This document shows positions 23,316 to 34,942 of a stretch of 64,000 nucleotides of DNA, one piece after another. Position 1 is the first letter of the stretch; each line of letters starts with the position of its first letter. Source of the DNA: Oopsacas minuta (lineage: Eukaryota; Animalia; Porifera); NCBI GenBank assembly GCA_024704765.1, contig JAKMXF010000320.1:124001-188000 (forward strand). The letters are read 5' to 3'. Both the position numbers and the translations under genes were made by a program. Below the pieces are notes generated by a model. It was not told where the DNA came from, searched no databases, and saw only the letters and a list, made by a program, of their open reading frames with translations.

Positions 23316-23798
23316 ACTTAATTCTTTTCAAATCGTGAAATTACAAATTATTATTCTCAGCGAATTTTTATAGCAAAATATTAGAGTGATCACATTTACG
23401 TAGAGCCAAATGAATTCCAGAATTATAACATCAGCCAATGGGAGGTAATGACTACATTCAGTTCACTAGCAATAGCGTGATATCACAAAGCATATCGCTT
23501 TAGGACACATATTAATGTGGAAACCTAACGTGTTGGCTAATCAGCTGAAATCACTTTTACCACATTCCTGGGCTCTGAAGTCACTTAACTGGTGGATAGA
23601 TTGCACAGATTAAAGTAGTGTAAATTAGATTCAATGCATGTGAGAACTTACTGAATTAGTATAGAAATGGCTTCCTTCTATAACAGCAATAGTAAAGTTT
23701 ATAACTAGCAATGAGAAACACAAGAATGATATTGTCTACCAAATTACAATATCGAAAACAGCATTCAGAATAATTCACAAAACCTTATAGGCAATTAC

Positions 23799-24040
23799 AG
23801 TCAAACCTACTTAACGGCCACCTGCACTTAGCGGCCACCTAAAACAGTCCCCTCCGATTTCCCATTATTACATCTGGATAGCGACCATTTCCTCAACGCG
23901 ACCAGCGGCCACCAATTTTGGTCGCTTGCTAGTGCCAAACCTGTCGATAACGGCCACTTTATATAGTGGTGGCCTCCCATAAGTTTTATCTTTACAAGTC
24001 CCTTGGGTGGCCAATGGCCATCATTAACTACTTCACTATA
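23799..24040. mobile_element. Tigger-type MITE remnant
   Basis: TA-cagtcaaacctacttaacggccacct terminus with internal repeats of gcggccacc; right end degenerate. Confidence 0.55.
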
Positions 24041-25717
24041 TTTATCCTTTATATCGATCACTTGTCTTAAAGGCTGACTTATCTATATCAGTCAAATTTG
24101 ATAGATTTGGGGCCTTATTCACTAAACTACTTAAACTTAAGTATTGCTAAAACTAGGTATTTAAGGCCCCTGATGTAAACCTTGTTCCAGGAAATTCTAG
24201 ACTGTGAACAGGCTATAATTTCGTAGGCTGTGCACATGCACTCAAGTATTCAGTTATTAGTAAAACAATTTGGCGCGTATATTTTCTAGCGCGCCACCAC
24301 TGCAACAGAGCTGTGATGATGGAGTAATTAAATCTGTTTAATCATTCTAACGTATCTCATCACATGCTCAAATTAAAATAGAATTAAAATATTTATAGAT
24401 TTCACTCAGCAAAAACGCCTTATTAAGATAACAGAAATGAAGCAAATATGTATAAATTGAGCTACACATCTAGAGTAGACACTAAATTATATATTCATCA
24501 CATAATTCTATAGTTGTTTGTTGAAAAGAAGGTTATTAGAAAACTTATAAATAAATAAATTTATACTTGATAGTCACAACAATTAATATTTTCTATATAA
24601 TTATGGGGGAGCTGTATTTGTTCAAATTAGCATATTGTCATTTGTTCAAAATTCTAAGGTTGTCATTTGTTCGACTTATATTTTCCTATACTTTCCTATG
24701 TTTTTCTATGTTATCAAGACATCTCAATGATTACCTGTCTATAATCCTAATTAAAAAAATATTCCCCTCATACTTCCATAATTATTAAACCCACGAACGA
24801 GCGTAGCTAGTATTGGAGTGAAGCGGAAATGTGCGCGATTGGCGCGATGAGCTGTCACAAGTTTTAAAACTAAAATGTACATACAAAGTAGAAGTAATGT
24901 ATGCGCCTAACCAGTACGTAACTATGAAAATACTAGAACTTGCCTAACGCTATCAATGAGAGATAGGACTAATATCTACTGTTAAAGATGACAAAATAAA
25001 TATATAAGAAAATATCAGTCGAACAAATGACAAGATGCTAATTCGAACATGTGAAGCGCTAATAATTATTTGCTCTGACATGGTATTCTCCTATAATGTT
25101 AAAGGCGCGTAAATAGGAAGACTCAATTATTAGATGAGTGAGAACAGTCCAACAAGAGCGGATTATTTCAAAATTTGGAATGGAATATTTGTAACGAGGT
25201 AAATAACTATATGTACAATCATTGTATGGTTAAATAATCATCAAATGGCTTCATAATTATTGATTAATGAATATGTACATACTACACCAGAGAGGGATGC
25301 AAGATTTTGGTAAGGGGGCGGGTAAAATTTTCAAGCGGCTTTGGAAAGAATTGGAAGATCATGTGTACTCATTGCTATACGATGCTGTACACACTCCCAG
25401 GAAAGTTTCGTAAACCTGTGTTCTTGAAAACCTTTCTGACATCTCTTGCGTTTGATGGAGTAGCTAGTGCTATTTTAATATAACATTAAGCTAACAAGTA
25501 ACAACTATGATCAAAATGTTCGACAAGTACGCATTAAGCAGAGATTGTCTACGTGTGATAAAGTACTTTGTGCGTATAGGTGTAAATAATATAATTATTC
25601 AATAAAATTCTTAGAGACAATTAAACTTTATACTGGAGTGGAGGGGGGCCCTGCCCCCTGCTCCTGGACCCCTCCTATACACATTATATGTATTCTGATA
25701 AAAATAATATAATTAGA

Positions 25718-27610
25718 ATGGATTTCCTGACGGTGAGTATACTGTTACTACTTCTCCTGGCCCTTTGTGTTATCGTGCACTTTGTCAGCAAGAAGATACC
25801 CATACTCAAAGTACTCAGAGTTTATACTATCAAAGTAAACACAGGAAGACCTGGTTTAAACCATGGGGGCTCCTTGGTGGCCAAAGTACTGAAGGAACAC
25901 CACATAGAACACGTGTACACTCTGTGTGGTGGTCACATCTCTCCTATACTGGTAGCTTGTGAAGAAGAAGCTATAAGAGTTATAGACACGCGAAATGAGG
26001 CTAGCTGTGTGTTTGCAGCTGATGCAGAAGCCCGTATAACCGGAAATGTAGGGGTTGCTATTGTGACGGCAGGACCAGGAGCTACCAACACAATAACAGC
26101 TGTTAAGAATGCACAGATGGCGCAGACTCCTCTACTGGTGCTCTCTGGAGCAGCAGCATTGCTGTTTGAGGGACGAGGCAGTCTACAAGACATTGATCAG
26201 ATGTCTCTCTTCAAACCTCTGTGCAAATACACTGCTAGAATTCCAAGAGTAAACGAAATAGTCCCAATACTCCGTAAAGCGATTCAACAGGCTATGTCAG
26301 ATACTCCAGGCCCCGTGTTTGTTGAGTTCCCAATAGACACGATATATCCTTATGAATTGCTCCTGGAAGAAACACTGCCAAAACAACCAGCAAGGAATAC
26401 AAAGGAAAAACTAATAGAATTCATAATTAAGGTAAATATAGGAGACATATTCACAGGAGCTTTCACGGAGCAGGAGTATGGCCCTCTCCCCATATCTTTT
26501 CCTAGACATACACGAGCTCAATGTGACACAAGTATCAAACTATTCCAGAACTCAAAGAAACCAATTATTGTTATATCAAGTCAAGCAATGTTACACTCTG
26601 TGAAGCCTATAAATTTATGCTCAGCCCTGGAGCTGATGGGAGTACCCTGCTATCTGTCTGGCATGACCAGAGGGTTACTTGGTGAGGACAATGACATCCT
26701 GCTGAGACACAAAAGAAGAGAGGCGTTAAAAGAAGCAGACTTGATAGTATTAGTTGGTGCGGTATGTGACTTTAGATTAGAGTACGGTAAGGCTCTCTCA
26801 GGGAAATCTAAGAAGATTATTGTAAACAGAAACAGAGAAGACTTGCAACGTAACACTGACGTCATGTGGAATCCTGACCTATCTATCCTAGGAGACCCAG
26901 CTCTGTTTATAGAGAGTCTGAGTCAGGAGCTGCACAGGATTGGATACAAGGTGTCTAAGGATTGGTTAATGCACCTGAAGGAGAGGGACGATCTGAGAGA
27001 GACTGAAAATATCAACAAGAGTAGAGATCCTGTTAACAAGTATATAAACCCAATGAGTCTCTTGTTCCAGGTAAGAGAGACTATGGATAAGAACAGCATT
27101 ATTGTAGTGGATGGAGGAGACTTTGTTGGAACTGCTTCCTACATACTCAAGCCGAATGGTCCCTCTACCTGGCTAGACCCAGGTCCCTTTGGGACCCTTG
27201 GAGTAGGAGGAGGGTTTGGTCTAGGCGCCAAACTCTGTAAACCAGACTCAGAAGTTTGGATAATCTACGGAGACGGATCTCTAGGGTATAGTATTGCGGA
27301 ATTTGACACCTTCATGCGACACAAAACACCTGTAATTGCAGTGGTAGGGAACGATGCGTGCTGGTCCCAGATCCAGAGAGCTCAGGTTAAGATATTCAAA
27401 TCAGAGGTAGCTTGTAATCTGAGCTTCTCTAGCTACGAGTTGGTAGCAGAAGGTTACGGAGGCGTGGGATTCCAGATGCAGAACAATGACCCAGCTGAGA
27501 TAAGAATGTTGCTACTCAAAGCCAAAGAGATTGCTAAAACAGGCAAGCCAGTACTTCTTAACTTTCTAATCGGGAAAAGTAACTTCAGGGAGGGCTCTCT
27601 CTCAGTTTGA
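25718..27610 (+). CDS. ILVBL: Acetolactate synthase-like / 2-hydroxyacyl-CoA lyase 2 (TPP enzyme with N-terminal membrane anchor), intronless, nested antisense in the ENDOV intron
   Basis: TM anchor, TLCGGHISPIL, RNEASCVFAADA, VTAGPG, GSLQDIDQ, WLDPGPFGTLGVGGGF, TPP motif GDGSLGY...VGND. ATG 25718 is preferred over 25688. Confidence 0.93.
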   Translation: MDFLTVSILLLLLLALCVIVHFVSKKIPILKVLRVYTIKVNTGRPGLNHGGSLVAKVLKEHHIEHVYTLCGGHISPILVACEEEAIRVIDTRNEASCVFAADAEARITGNVGVAIVTAGPGATNTITAVKNAQMAQTPLLVLSGAAALLFEGRGSLQDIDQMSLFKPLCKYTARIPRVNEIVPILRKAIQQAMSDTPGPVFVEFPIDTIYPYELLLEETLPKQPARNTKEKLIEFIIKVNIGDIFTGAFTEQEYGPLPISFPRHTRAQCDTSIKLFQNSKKPIIVISSQAMLHSVKPINLCSALELMGVPCYLSGMTRGLLGEDNDILLRHKRREALKEADLIVLVGAVCDFRLEYGKALSGKSKKIIVNRNREDLQRNTDVMWNPDLSILGDPALFIESLSQELHRIGYKVSKDWLMHLKERDDLRETENINKSRDPVNKYINPMSLLFQVRETMDKNSIIVVDGGDFVGTASYILKPNGPSTWLDPGPFGTLGVGGGFGLGAKLCKPDSEVWIIYGDGSLGYSIAEFDTFMRHKTPVIAVVGNDACWSQIQRAQVKIFKSEVACNLSFSSYELVAEGYGGVGFQMQNNDPAEIRMLLLKAKEIAKTGKPVLLNFLIGKSNFREGSLSV

Positions 27611-28903
27611 TTAATGTCTGTTTGTTAGATTACAGTGTAATAGTTATTAATATATAGTACTGTTGCTTGAGAAATTTCCTCTTAAAATGAGGAATATTTT
27701 TGCACCCTGGATACTGAAGTGTTGAGCTTTAGTAAAATCATGCAATGACAAGGTGGGGGCGCCAAACGCAAACATACTCCCACCTTGAACTTTATGCACA
27801 ATTCTGATTACTTACAAGTATTTCCTAAATAAGCAGGTCATTTTACGACATTGACCTGGCAGCATGTAGGGTCCTAATATGACAATACTGTAATACTGCT
27901 TTGAATATCAGAGATACAGCGGATCTACTTTTTTTAGGACACTAAATTTTCTAAACTTATTCCAATTAAAGAAGAACAGTGAAATGTCTAGGAATTTTTC
28001 AGTTACTGGAGTAAGAATCCAGAAGTCCTTAATACGAGAATTATTAGTTATACCTTTATGATGGAGATTAGATGGCCCAGCCTAGGCTATAAACCTTTTA
28101 GAATCAATGATTCAGCTTGAATGTAGGCAAATCTTGGGTAATGAGCAAGGTTGAAACCGCTCGAACCGAATACTAATTTGTCATACCAGTGAACCTTCGT
28201 CATATTTTGCTACATATTTACAAAGATTTGGACCTAAAATGATCACACCATCCAAAAAACTTATTAAAGTAGTATAAAGCTCCCTGCTGAGCTGAAATCA
28301 ATTTTCACAGACTAATTATTCTTCCTGCTGCTCGGATAACCGATTTTTTAATTATCGGATATTTTTGTGCTCGAAAAGAGTCTATAAATTGTAGAGCTAT
28401 CAAAGGTATGGTAGCAAATCTGAAATATATTATAGAATTTATGAGTAATGTGCTTGATAAAACAGCTATTTTGAGCCGCTTAAAGGTTTATAATCATGTC
28501 TATAACCAATAGAAAATTAATAAGAATACAAGAGGCGCCCGAAGAGTGCGACACGGGGACACAAAGTGTTAACGGACGGTGCAGCGCAAGTGAGCGAAGC
28601 TTGCTTATATGTCTAATTATTGAAAGACGTATTAAACAACTCAGATTGAAATAAATAAAATACTCTTCGTTTAGTGGTCACTTGAATGTATTTGGGAATA
28701 TTCAGCTTCATAGCAACGCAACTATATCCTAAGAATGTGGCTAATAAATTGCATGATAAGCCATTTTAAATCCGTCAGGAGAGTGGCAGTAATCAATAAG
28801 AGAGATAGTTTTCAATATCACTATGAATACTGAAGGAGAGTAATTAGATTCTCAATAAATATATCTAGATTCATAGATTATGGTATGTATGATGTAAAAT
28901 TAC

Positions 28904-29383
28904 CTGATGCAGTAGCTTGAGTGAAGGAAACTCTAAGATTACTAGCATAGCACAAGCATTCACTTCGTCTCCCTTAATGAATGAGATATCCACCCCCCCG
29001 ACTAATTTGAGATTTCCAAATGGATTCAATCCTTTTTTCCATGCTAACACTCCTGGACAATCCTCTACACTTAGTTTCTGTTTCAATTCTAACTGTTCTT
29101 CCGCCCATAAAGCCTTGTATCTGTCTAGTTCAGGATGACTGTTGCGATGGACGACCCAGGTATTAGCCACACTGTTCTCTTCAGGTGCGTCACTCCTGTT
29201 TCCTTTTATAGCTAAAGATGTTAAGCCCTGTACTAGCTCATTCACGCCGGGTTGATCTTTCTGGGGCTCAGTTGCTTTTGACGGTGAGTCGTGATCAGAG
29301 CCATTATCAGAATCATGATCTGAGTAACTCTGGTAGTGAAGATCATCATCATCTGAGTCTATATGTGGATATCTAGCTGCCAT
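28904..29383 (-). CDS. ENDOV: Endonuclease V, exon 1 of 2
   Basis: Acidic N-terminus, WAEEQLELKQKL, VGGVDISF, ACAMLVILEFPSLKLLHQ, then donor CAG|gtaatt at 28904/28903. The phase-0 join to exon 2 gives a 369-aa protein collinear with human ENDOV (FPELEVVYEESRMVSLTAPY). Confidence 0.92.
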
Positions 29384-30304
29384 TACTAGTTTATAAACAT
29401 GTACATATTATTCTGTCAATTTCTACCACTAGTTTATATCTAATTTTATCACCTGTAAAATTTCTACTTATATCATTATGAGTATAAATCACTAACGTAC
29501 TATTATTAATGGTTCAAACAATGATATACTCAGCTACAGGGGGTAGCCAGCTCCGCAAACTGACTCACACCAATGGAGCGCCAGCTGCAAGTAGCCCACG
29601 CCAATCAATTCTACTCCAAACGCCTTGTCTAATATATTATAAATCAAGGCTGCTTAAAACGACAGTACGCAATCTTAGTCCAGGTGAAATCGGGTTATTT
29701 TGTCCATTTGATTACAATGTAAAAACGACAAAATAACCAGATAGACAACAAACCACATTATGCTAAATACTGATAGACAAGATTATTTTGATAGCAAATT
29801 TGATAGCTAATATACACCAATTAACAATACACAAGTCTACATATTATTAGCTATTAATTATGCCATGTACTAATCCATTATTTTGAAAATTCACTAAAAT
29901 ATATTAGGAAAAAATAAGTCGAACAGATTTTCAATTGTTTACACCCTCAGATAGAGAAAAATACTCGATAATAATAGAAATATAATATTTGACAAAAAAC
30001 AACCGATCTGAAAATGACCCGATTTCAACTGTACATATACGTATTCGTTCTAAGGTGGTCCAAAAAAATCTGAAATTTGTGAAGTAATGTCAAGCGTCTT
30101 ACTGCTACTAAATTTCAAAAAAAATCGGAAGTCATTTAGGGGTCCGCAATTCAATTCAAGTTATCTATGGGAACTGCCTGCAACCTGCAAATCCACCCAC
30201 GCAAAACCAGGCCAAACGACCGGGTGGGATTGAGTCTGTCTACGCTCCTGCTCAGCTCTATCAGGCAAAGTATACTCGCAACATAATGAATATAGCATTT
30301 GAGT

Positions 30305-30909
30305 CAGGGTTACCAGATGTTCTTCATAAAAATATTGGAAACATGTTGAAATTTAAGTACAACAATAGGGACTGCCTAACCCTTCTGACTGTTCCATGCA
30401 GCAATACTGAACTTCCAACCAATATTCTTCCTAATCCCACCATTAAAATTCCACCAGCATGCAAGTATACAATTGAGCATGTATAGACGACTTCCTTCAA
30501 AACTAGGTGTCTGCTCAGTAGAGCGTACTTTTATTTAAGATGATAAATACTAAATTCTGTAGAAATCGATGTTTTTGGCTGCTTGCACGTGCTTGGTTCT
30601 CCATAATACTATTTACATACGAGACATATTGTGTTTTTTGGTACGGAGTTATTTGCTAACATGATCATATAAAAATTTGCAATTTTAATGTACTTTCTTT
30701 CTGGTTATCTACTAATTTGATGGATGTGAAGAGTAAGAATTTCATTTTCCAAGCATAGACGATTTTGTAGTTGAATCTGGGTATATTGCCTATTATGTAG
30801 TAATCTTTAATGACAAAATTACGAAAAGGACAAATATTAATATAGAAGGATAATACGGACATTTTCGAAGAAAGGACAAAGGGTGAATAACGGACGTCTG
30901 GTAACCCTG
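30305..30909. mobile_element. Non-autonomous TIR element
   Basis: cagggttaccagatg / cgtctggtaaccctg termini with subterminal ggaca repeats; no TSD recognised. Confidence 0.5.
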
Positions 30910-31512
30910 ATGTTTCCTACACAACTAGTATTCTATGAATCAAATTGCACATCAATAGATTTTTGGATATTTCCTGTGAATGCAGGCAGTTTAATTATGT
31001 TATTTTGTATCAAAGCTATACTGAATTCACAAACTATATATTTTATTATACGCAATGAGGTGTACACTTGTGTACCGGTCCTATCTATTAACCGTTCCTT
31101 ATAAGTTATAAATTGACTCTTCTTGACTTTATTGGATGGTTAGTCCTTTGTAATTCAAGATTTGAATTAATGTATATCATGAAGAAGGAAAACAGTTTAT
31201 ATGTTCTAAATATATTCAGTCATATTCAGATTAATTCTAAATTACATCTTCTCAAACATATCTGTCTATAGATTAATTATTGGATTTAATTCTCATCTTA
31301 TGGTCTTCTCATAACATAAAAGCATATCCAATGCTAAAACTAAGAATATTGTATTATTTAAACACACACCATTGTTTCTTTTAAAATTAAATATTAAACA
31401 ATAATGCAAACCATGACAATCTATGTTGTGACATATTTGTTTAACCCGTCTTTTACTGTTAGATGGAGAATAGTTATAAAATGTATTACTCAAAGAAAGT
31501 ATAACTTTCGTT

Positions 31513-34017
31513 TTAGTTTAGATAAATTTTAATTTTCCAGTTCTCCAATAACTGGATGAGACTGCGTTTCTTAAATCGCGCGGCCCAATCTAAGGCCTCT
31601 TGGACTAAAACCTTCCTTTGTTCCACCTCAGGCAAACGTTCTAATATTTTAAACAAATTGTCATAATTCTTTCCTGATTTTCTGATCTCGACACGAATAT
31701 CCTCTTTAGCCAAACTAATTTGTTTCAATTTAATTACGTCAAAATTAAGACTCTCACTGACCATTGTCTCAGTTTTTTGCCGCTTCGGATGAGTGGTAGG
31801 GAATGGAGCTGGATTTGAGCGTTTCGTATTGAAGTGGTTGGCAGGTAGATTCTTAGAATCGGATAATATACAAGACGGTTCATCTCTGCTGTTTAATGGT
31901 TCTTCCGTATCGCTTGAGTTGAGTAAATTGTTCTGTGAGTAAGATAAGTCACTCGCTGGGTGATTAGAAGCTAATCTATGGGGGTTGTCTCTGTATCCGC
32001 TCTCTAATGAGGGGGAGGGAGATATGTCTGAATAACTAGTCTGAGAATATTTTAAAGACGAATAATTAGAATTTAAATCGTTAGATGGAGTTTGCCTCTT
32101 TTCTATCCAACTAAGTTGCTTTTCAAATTGAGAGAGAGGAGGAGGAGTCATAGAGCGAGGAGGAGTGTTGGGAGAAGGAGGTCTAATCTTGTGTTTAGAC
32201 TTAATGCGCTTGTCTGTAGGAGCTTTAAATCCGTATCTATCTTCGATATCTTCATCAGCTTCATCCAGTATTGAATTCTTTGCAGAAATATCTACCAGTT
32301 TATATGGGTTAGCAAATAGTTGTGTGCGTGACATACAAATATCGATTTCTCTCAGAGGAGGTACTCTACTGAGATATTCTTGGTAGTTACCCATCTGAGA
32401 GATTGGTATGGAGTAGTCACGTATGGATAGCCGTGTCGAGGAGTGAGGAGATGTGAGTATGTCACGATATTTCCTAAGTTTGTCAAGACACGTGTGTCTC
32501 AGTCCGTATACACTACCCCTCTTAGCAACAGGCTTGTTATGACTACTAACTTCAACCTCCCTAAGAGGAATAGAGGTATACACACGTTTGCTTTCTGATT
32601 CAGATTGTCGTTTTATCTTCTTAAGATATGCAATGATGTTGTAACTAGGGTTACCATCATAAGAATTGGGAATTAGAAGAGAGTTAGCACCAAACAGTCT
32701 AAGAGAGTTCTTCAGAGGTTGTATATAGTAAGTAGGAATAGAATTCAGATATTTGTTAAACTCTTGTGTCCATTGAGAAGAAGGACGAAAATTCTGTTTA
32801 CTCAGTTCATCTAACAACGGGATGATAATCGGATAGTCATAAGGCATTACGAATATGTTCACATGCTTCCCACCACTACTAGCCCTGAGATACCCGAAAG
32901 CACGTGCAGTTCCCTCCTTGAATCCGCTATTCATTACGTAGCACTGCCAAGAGGAATTGTGAGTATTCTTACGGCTTAGTATGTATTGAGTCAGTGGAGA
33001 TGGTTCAAGTTCGTATTTGTCAAACGGGAAATTCTCAATTAGAAGAGGATGAGATTCCTTCGTATCGAAATAGATCGTTGGATGAGCACTCCTTGGCGGC
33101 AACTGGTTGCTATTCGCATCAGGCCAGAACTCTTCAGGGATAGGCCAGTGCCCATTGAACTGTCCAGTTTTGGGGTTAGCCTTCACATACATCAACTTAC
33201 GTCCGCAAGAAATGTTGGAGATATTGGTAGTCTCAGAAAGACTAGAATCAGAACTTCTGTTGTCAGAGCGACTACTGTTCCGGACAGGATCTCTCATACA
33301 CTCAAAGTTTACCACAACCCCCGTCTGTAACTTGGTAGAGATAGACTCGAGAGAGTGCGTTAGAGATTTGGGTGAGATTGCTACGTAAGATTTACCTCCA
33401 GTTGCCTCACACATAGAGTTTATCTCTTGCTGAGCATCGAGATGAGAGAATTGAGTAGGAGTAAGAGAGTGTGCTGGTGTGACACCAGGGACTCGAAGGA
33501 TTATAGAAAACAATCGCTGATCCCATCTAAACGGTTCCTTAGTTAGTTCCGCTCCCTCATACCCACTGTTGGGTAGGTTTAGAAGAGATTCTACCCCAGA
33601 CAAATTAGTGAATGATCCGCCATCTGATAGCAATATTATACAAGCAGGTTCAATATAAAACGGATTCCTACCCATACCATAATTATCTGTAGCAGATTGT
33701 AGTCTCGGAATATTCAAATAATCAAAACATTCTCTTAATGAATTTCCTAAAGTAGAAATAGCATTTCCTTTAAGATTCTTGAGTTCAGCTGAAAACGTAG
33801 CATGGCTCTCCTTCCATCCAGATTTTATGCAGTAAGGTCGTTCATCAAAGTTTACAAGAATATATCTGTCGTGACGCCCCGAGCTATCTCTGTTTCTGAT
33901 TTTTATAAAACTTTCCACCGCATTTTTTGCTATATCCAACAAGGAAGTGCCGAGATAGGATACCTGGTTCATGGATGAACTGCTATCAACCAGAAAAACG
34001 ATCACTTGTACAACCAT
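31513..34017 (-). CDS. INTS6: Integrator complex subunit 6, intronless (834 aa)
   Basis: VWA domain (VFLVDSSSSMNQ, EPFRWDQRLFSIILR), GHWPIPEEFWPD, PFDKYELEPSPLTQYIL, ISQMGNYQEYL, C-terminal AARFKKRSL. Confidence 0.95.
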   Translation of the reverse strand: MVVQVIVFLVDSSSSMNQVSYLGTSLLDIAKNAVESFIKIRNRDSSGRHDRYILVNFDERPYCIKSGWKESHATFSAELKNLKGNAISTLGNSLRECFDYLNIPRLQSATDNYGMGRNPFYIEPACIILLSDGGSFTNLSGVESLLNLPNSGYEGAELTKEPFRWDQRLFSIILRVPGVTPAHSLTPTQFSHLDAQQEINSMCEATGGKSYVAISPKSLTHSLESISTKLQTGVVVNFECMRDPVRNSSRSDNRSSDSSLSETTNISNISCGRKLMYVKANPKTGQFNGHWPIPEEFWPDANSNQLPPRSAHPTIYFDTKESHPLLIENFPFDKYELEPSPLTQYILSRKNTHNSSWQCYVMNSGFKEGTARAFGYLRASSGGKHVNIFVMPYDYPIIIPLLDELSKQNFRPSSQWTQEFNKYLNSIPTYYIQPLKNSLRLFGANSLLIPNSYDGNPSYNIIAYLKKIKRQSESESKRVYTSIPLREVEVSSHNKPVAKRGSVYGLRHTCLDKLRKYRDILTSPHSSTRLSIRDYSIPISQMGNYQEYLSRVPPLREIDICMSRTQLFANPYKLVDISAKNSILDEADEDIEDRYGFKAPTDKRIKSKHKIRPPSPNTPPRSMTPPPLSQFEKQLSWIEKRQTPSNDLNSNYSSLKYSQTSYSDISPSPSLESGYRDNPHRLASNHPASDLSYSQNNLLNSSDTEEPLNSRDEPSCILSDSKNLPANHFNTKRSNPAPFPTTHPKRQKTETMVSESLNFDVIKLKQISLAKEDIRVEIRKSGKNYDNLFKILERLPEVEQRKVLVQEALDWAARFKKRSLIQLLENWKIKIYLN

Positions 34018-34156
34018 TATCGTTTTGTTACATATCTAGGATAAGTTGATGAATTGTAATAACTAATAAGAAGCAAGAAATCAGAATTGTAACAATAATT
34101 ATTTCATACAGTGTGACAATCGTAAAAACTAGGACATGAAATGATAATTAATATGT

Positions 34157-34345
34157 ACAGTCAATTCCCGTTATATCGTCATTGTTCCGCGATAATCCCT
34201 TCCGCCTTCGAGATAAGCACAGCTCGATTTAACTGATGATTTTGTTTCTTTGACGGTTTGGGACCAAATTTACACAATTTCAGAATTAGATATAAGCAGG
34301 TATATTGATAAGTATATCAGTGTTTGACATAAAGGGAGTTGACTG
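34157..34345. mobile_element. Tigger-type MITE
   Basis: TA-cagtcaattcccgttatatc / gacataaagggagttgactg termini. Confidence 0.6.
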
Positions 34346-34942
34346 AAAATACTGATCAAGGTTAAATACGTTAATACTAGATCTCACCACTCGCATTGAC
34401 TTATTACCATTAATCCTTTTCAAAGTTAGACTGTTTATGCCTCGGACAATACATAGATGCCAACCTGGCGTCTCACCAAGTAGTGAGATTTCCTCTCAAA
34501 AGGAATGAGATTTGGCATTTCAGAATCTAAAATCAAAATGTACAGCGAAGATGATAAAATGGCGTGAGAGTTGAATTGGGATCTCTGACAATAGCTAGTG
34601 GTGGTTCACGGCACTGGTATAATAATGGGAAAGTTTAAGCAAAAGGAAAACGTCATAATTGATTTTTGAATTCCTTTTATTTGGAGGTATTACAATTCCT
34701 TGAGACCACGCTCCTATGGTTTCTTGTATGCTTATTAATAAATTATAAATATATGTTTTCGTAATAGCAAATATTTATTTATTAATTAATTGATCATGAA
34801 CGAAATAATTTGTATTTATGTACATATTTGCCATATTTCAAACATGTTTCAAACACGTTCTCTTTTTGCTAATTAGTGATAAAATTCATTATTTTCCCTA
34901 ACGGATACCTTACGGCTTACCCGAATTTTATCCTTATCAAAG

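Noticed and set aside
21374-27610. Bacterial origin or contamination suggested by intronless ILVBL, EndoV and CysRS
   Set aside because: All have eukaryotic features (ILVBL TM anchor, spliced ENDOV, eukaryotic CARS1 insertions) and sit among metazoan genes and TEs.
28871-29383. ORF 28871-29383 as a stand-alone 170-aa protein
   Set aside because: The last 10 residues are intron read-through after a GT donor; it is ENDOV exon 1.
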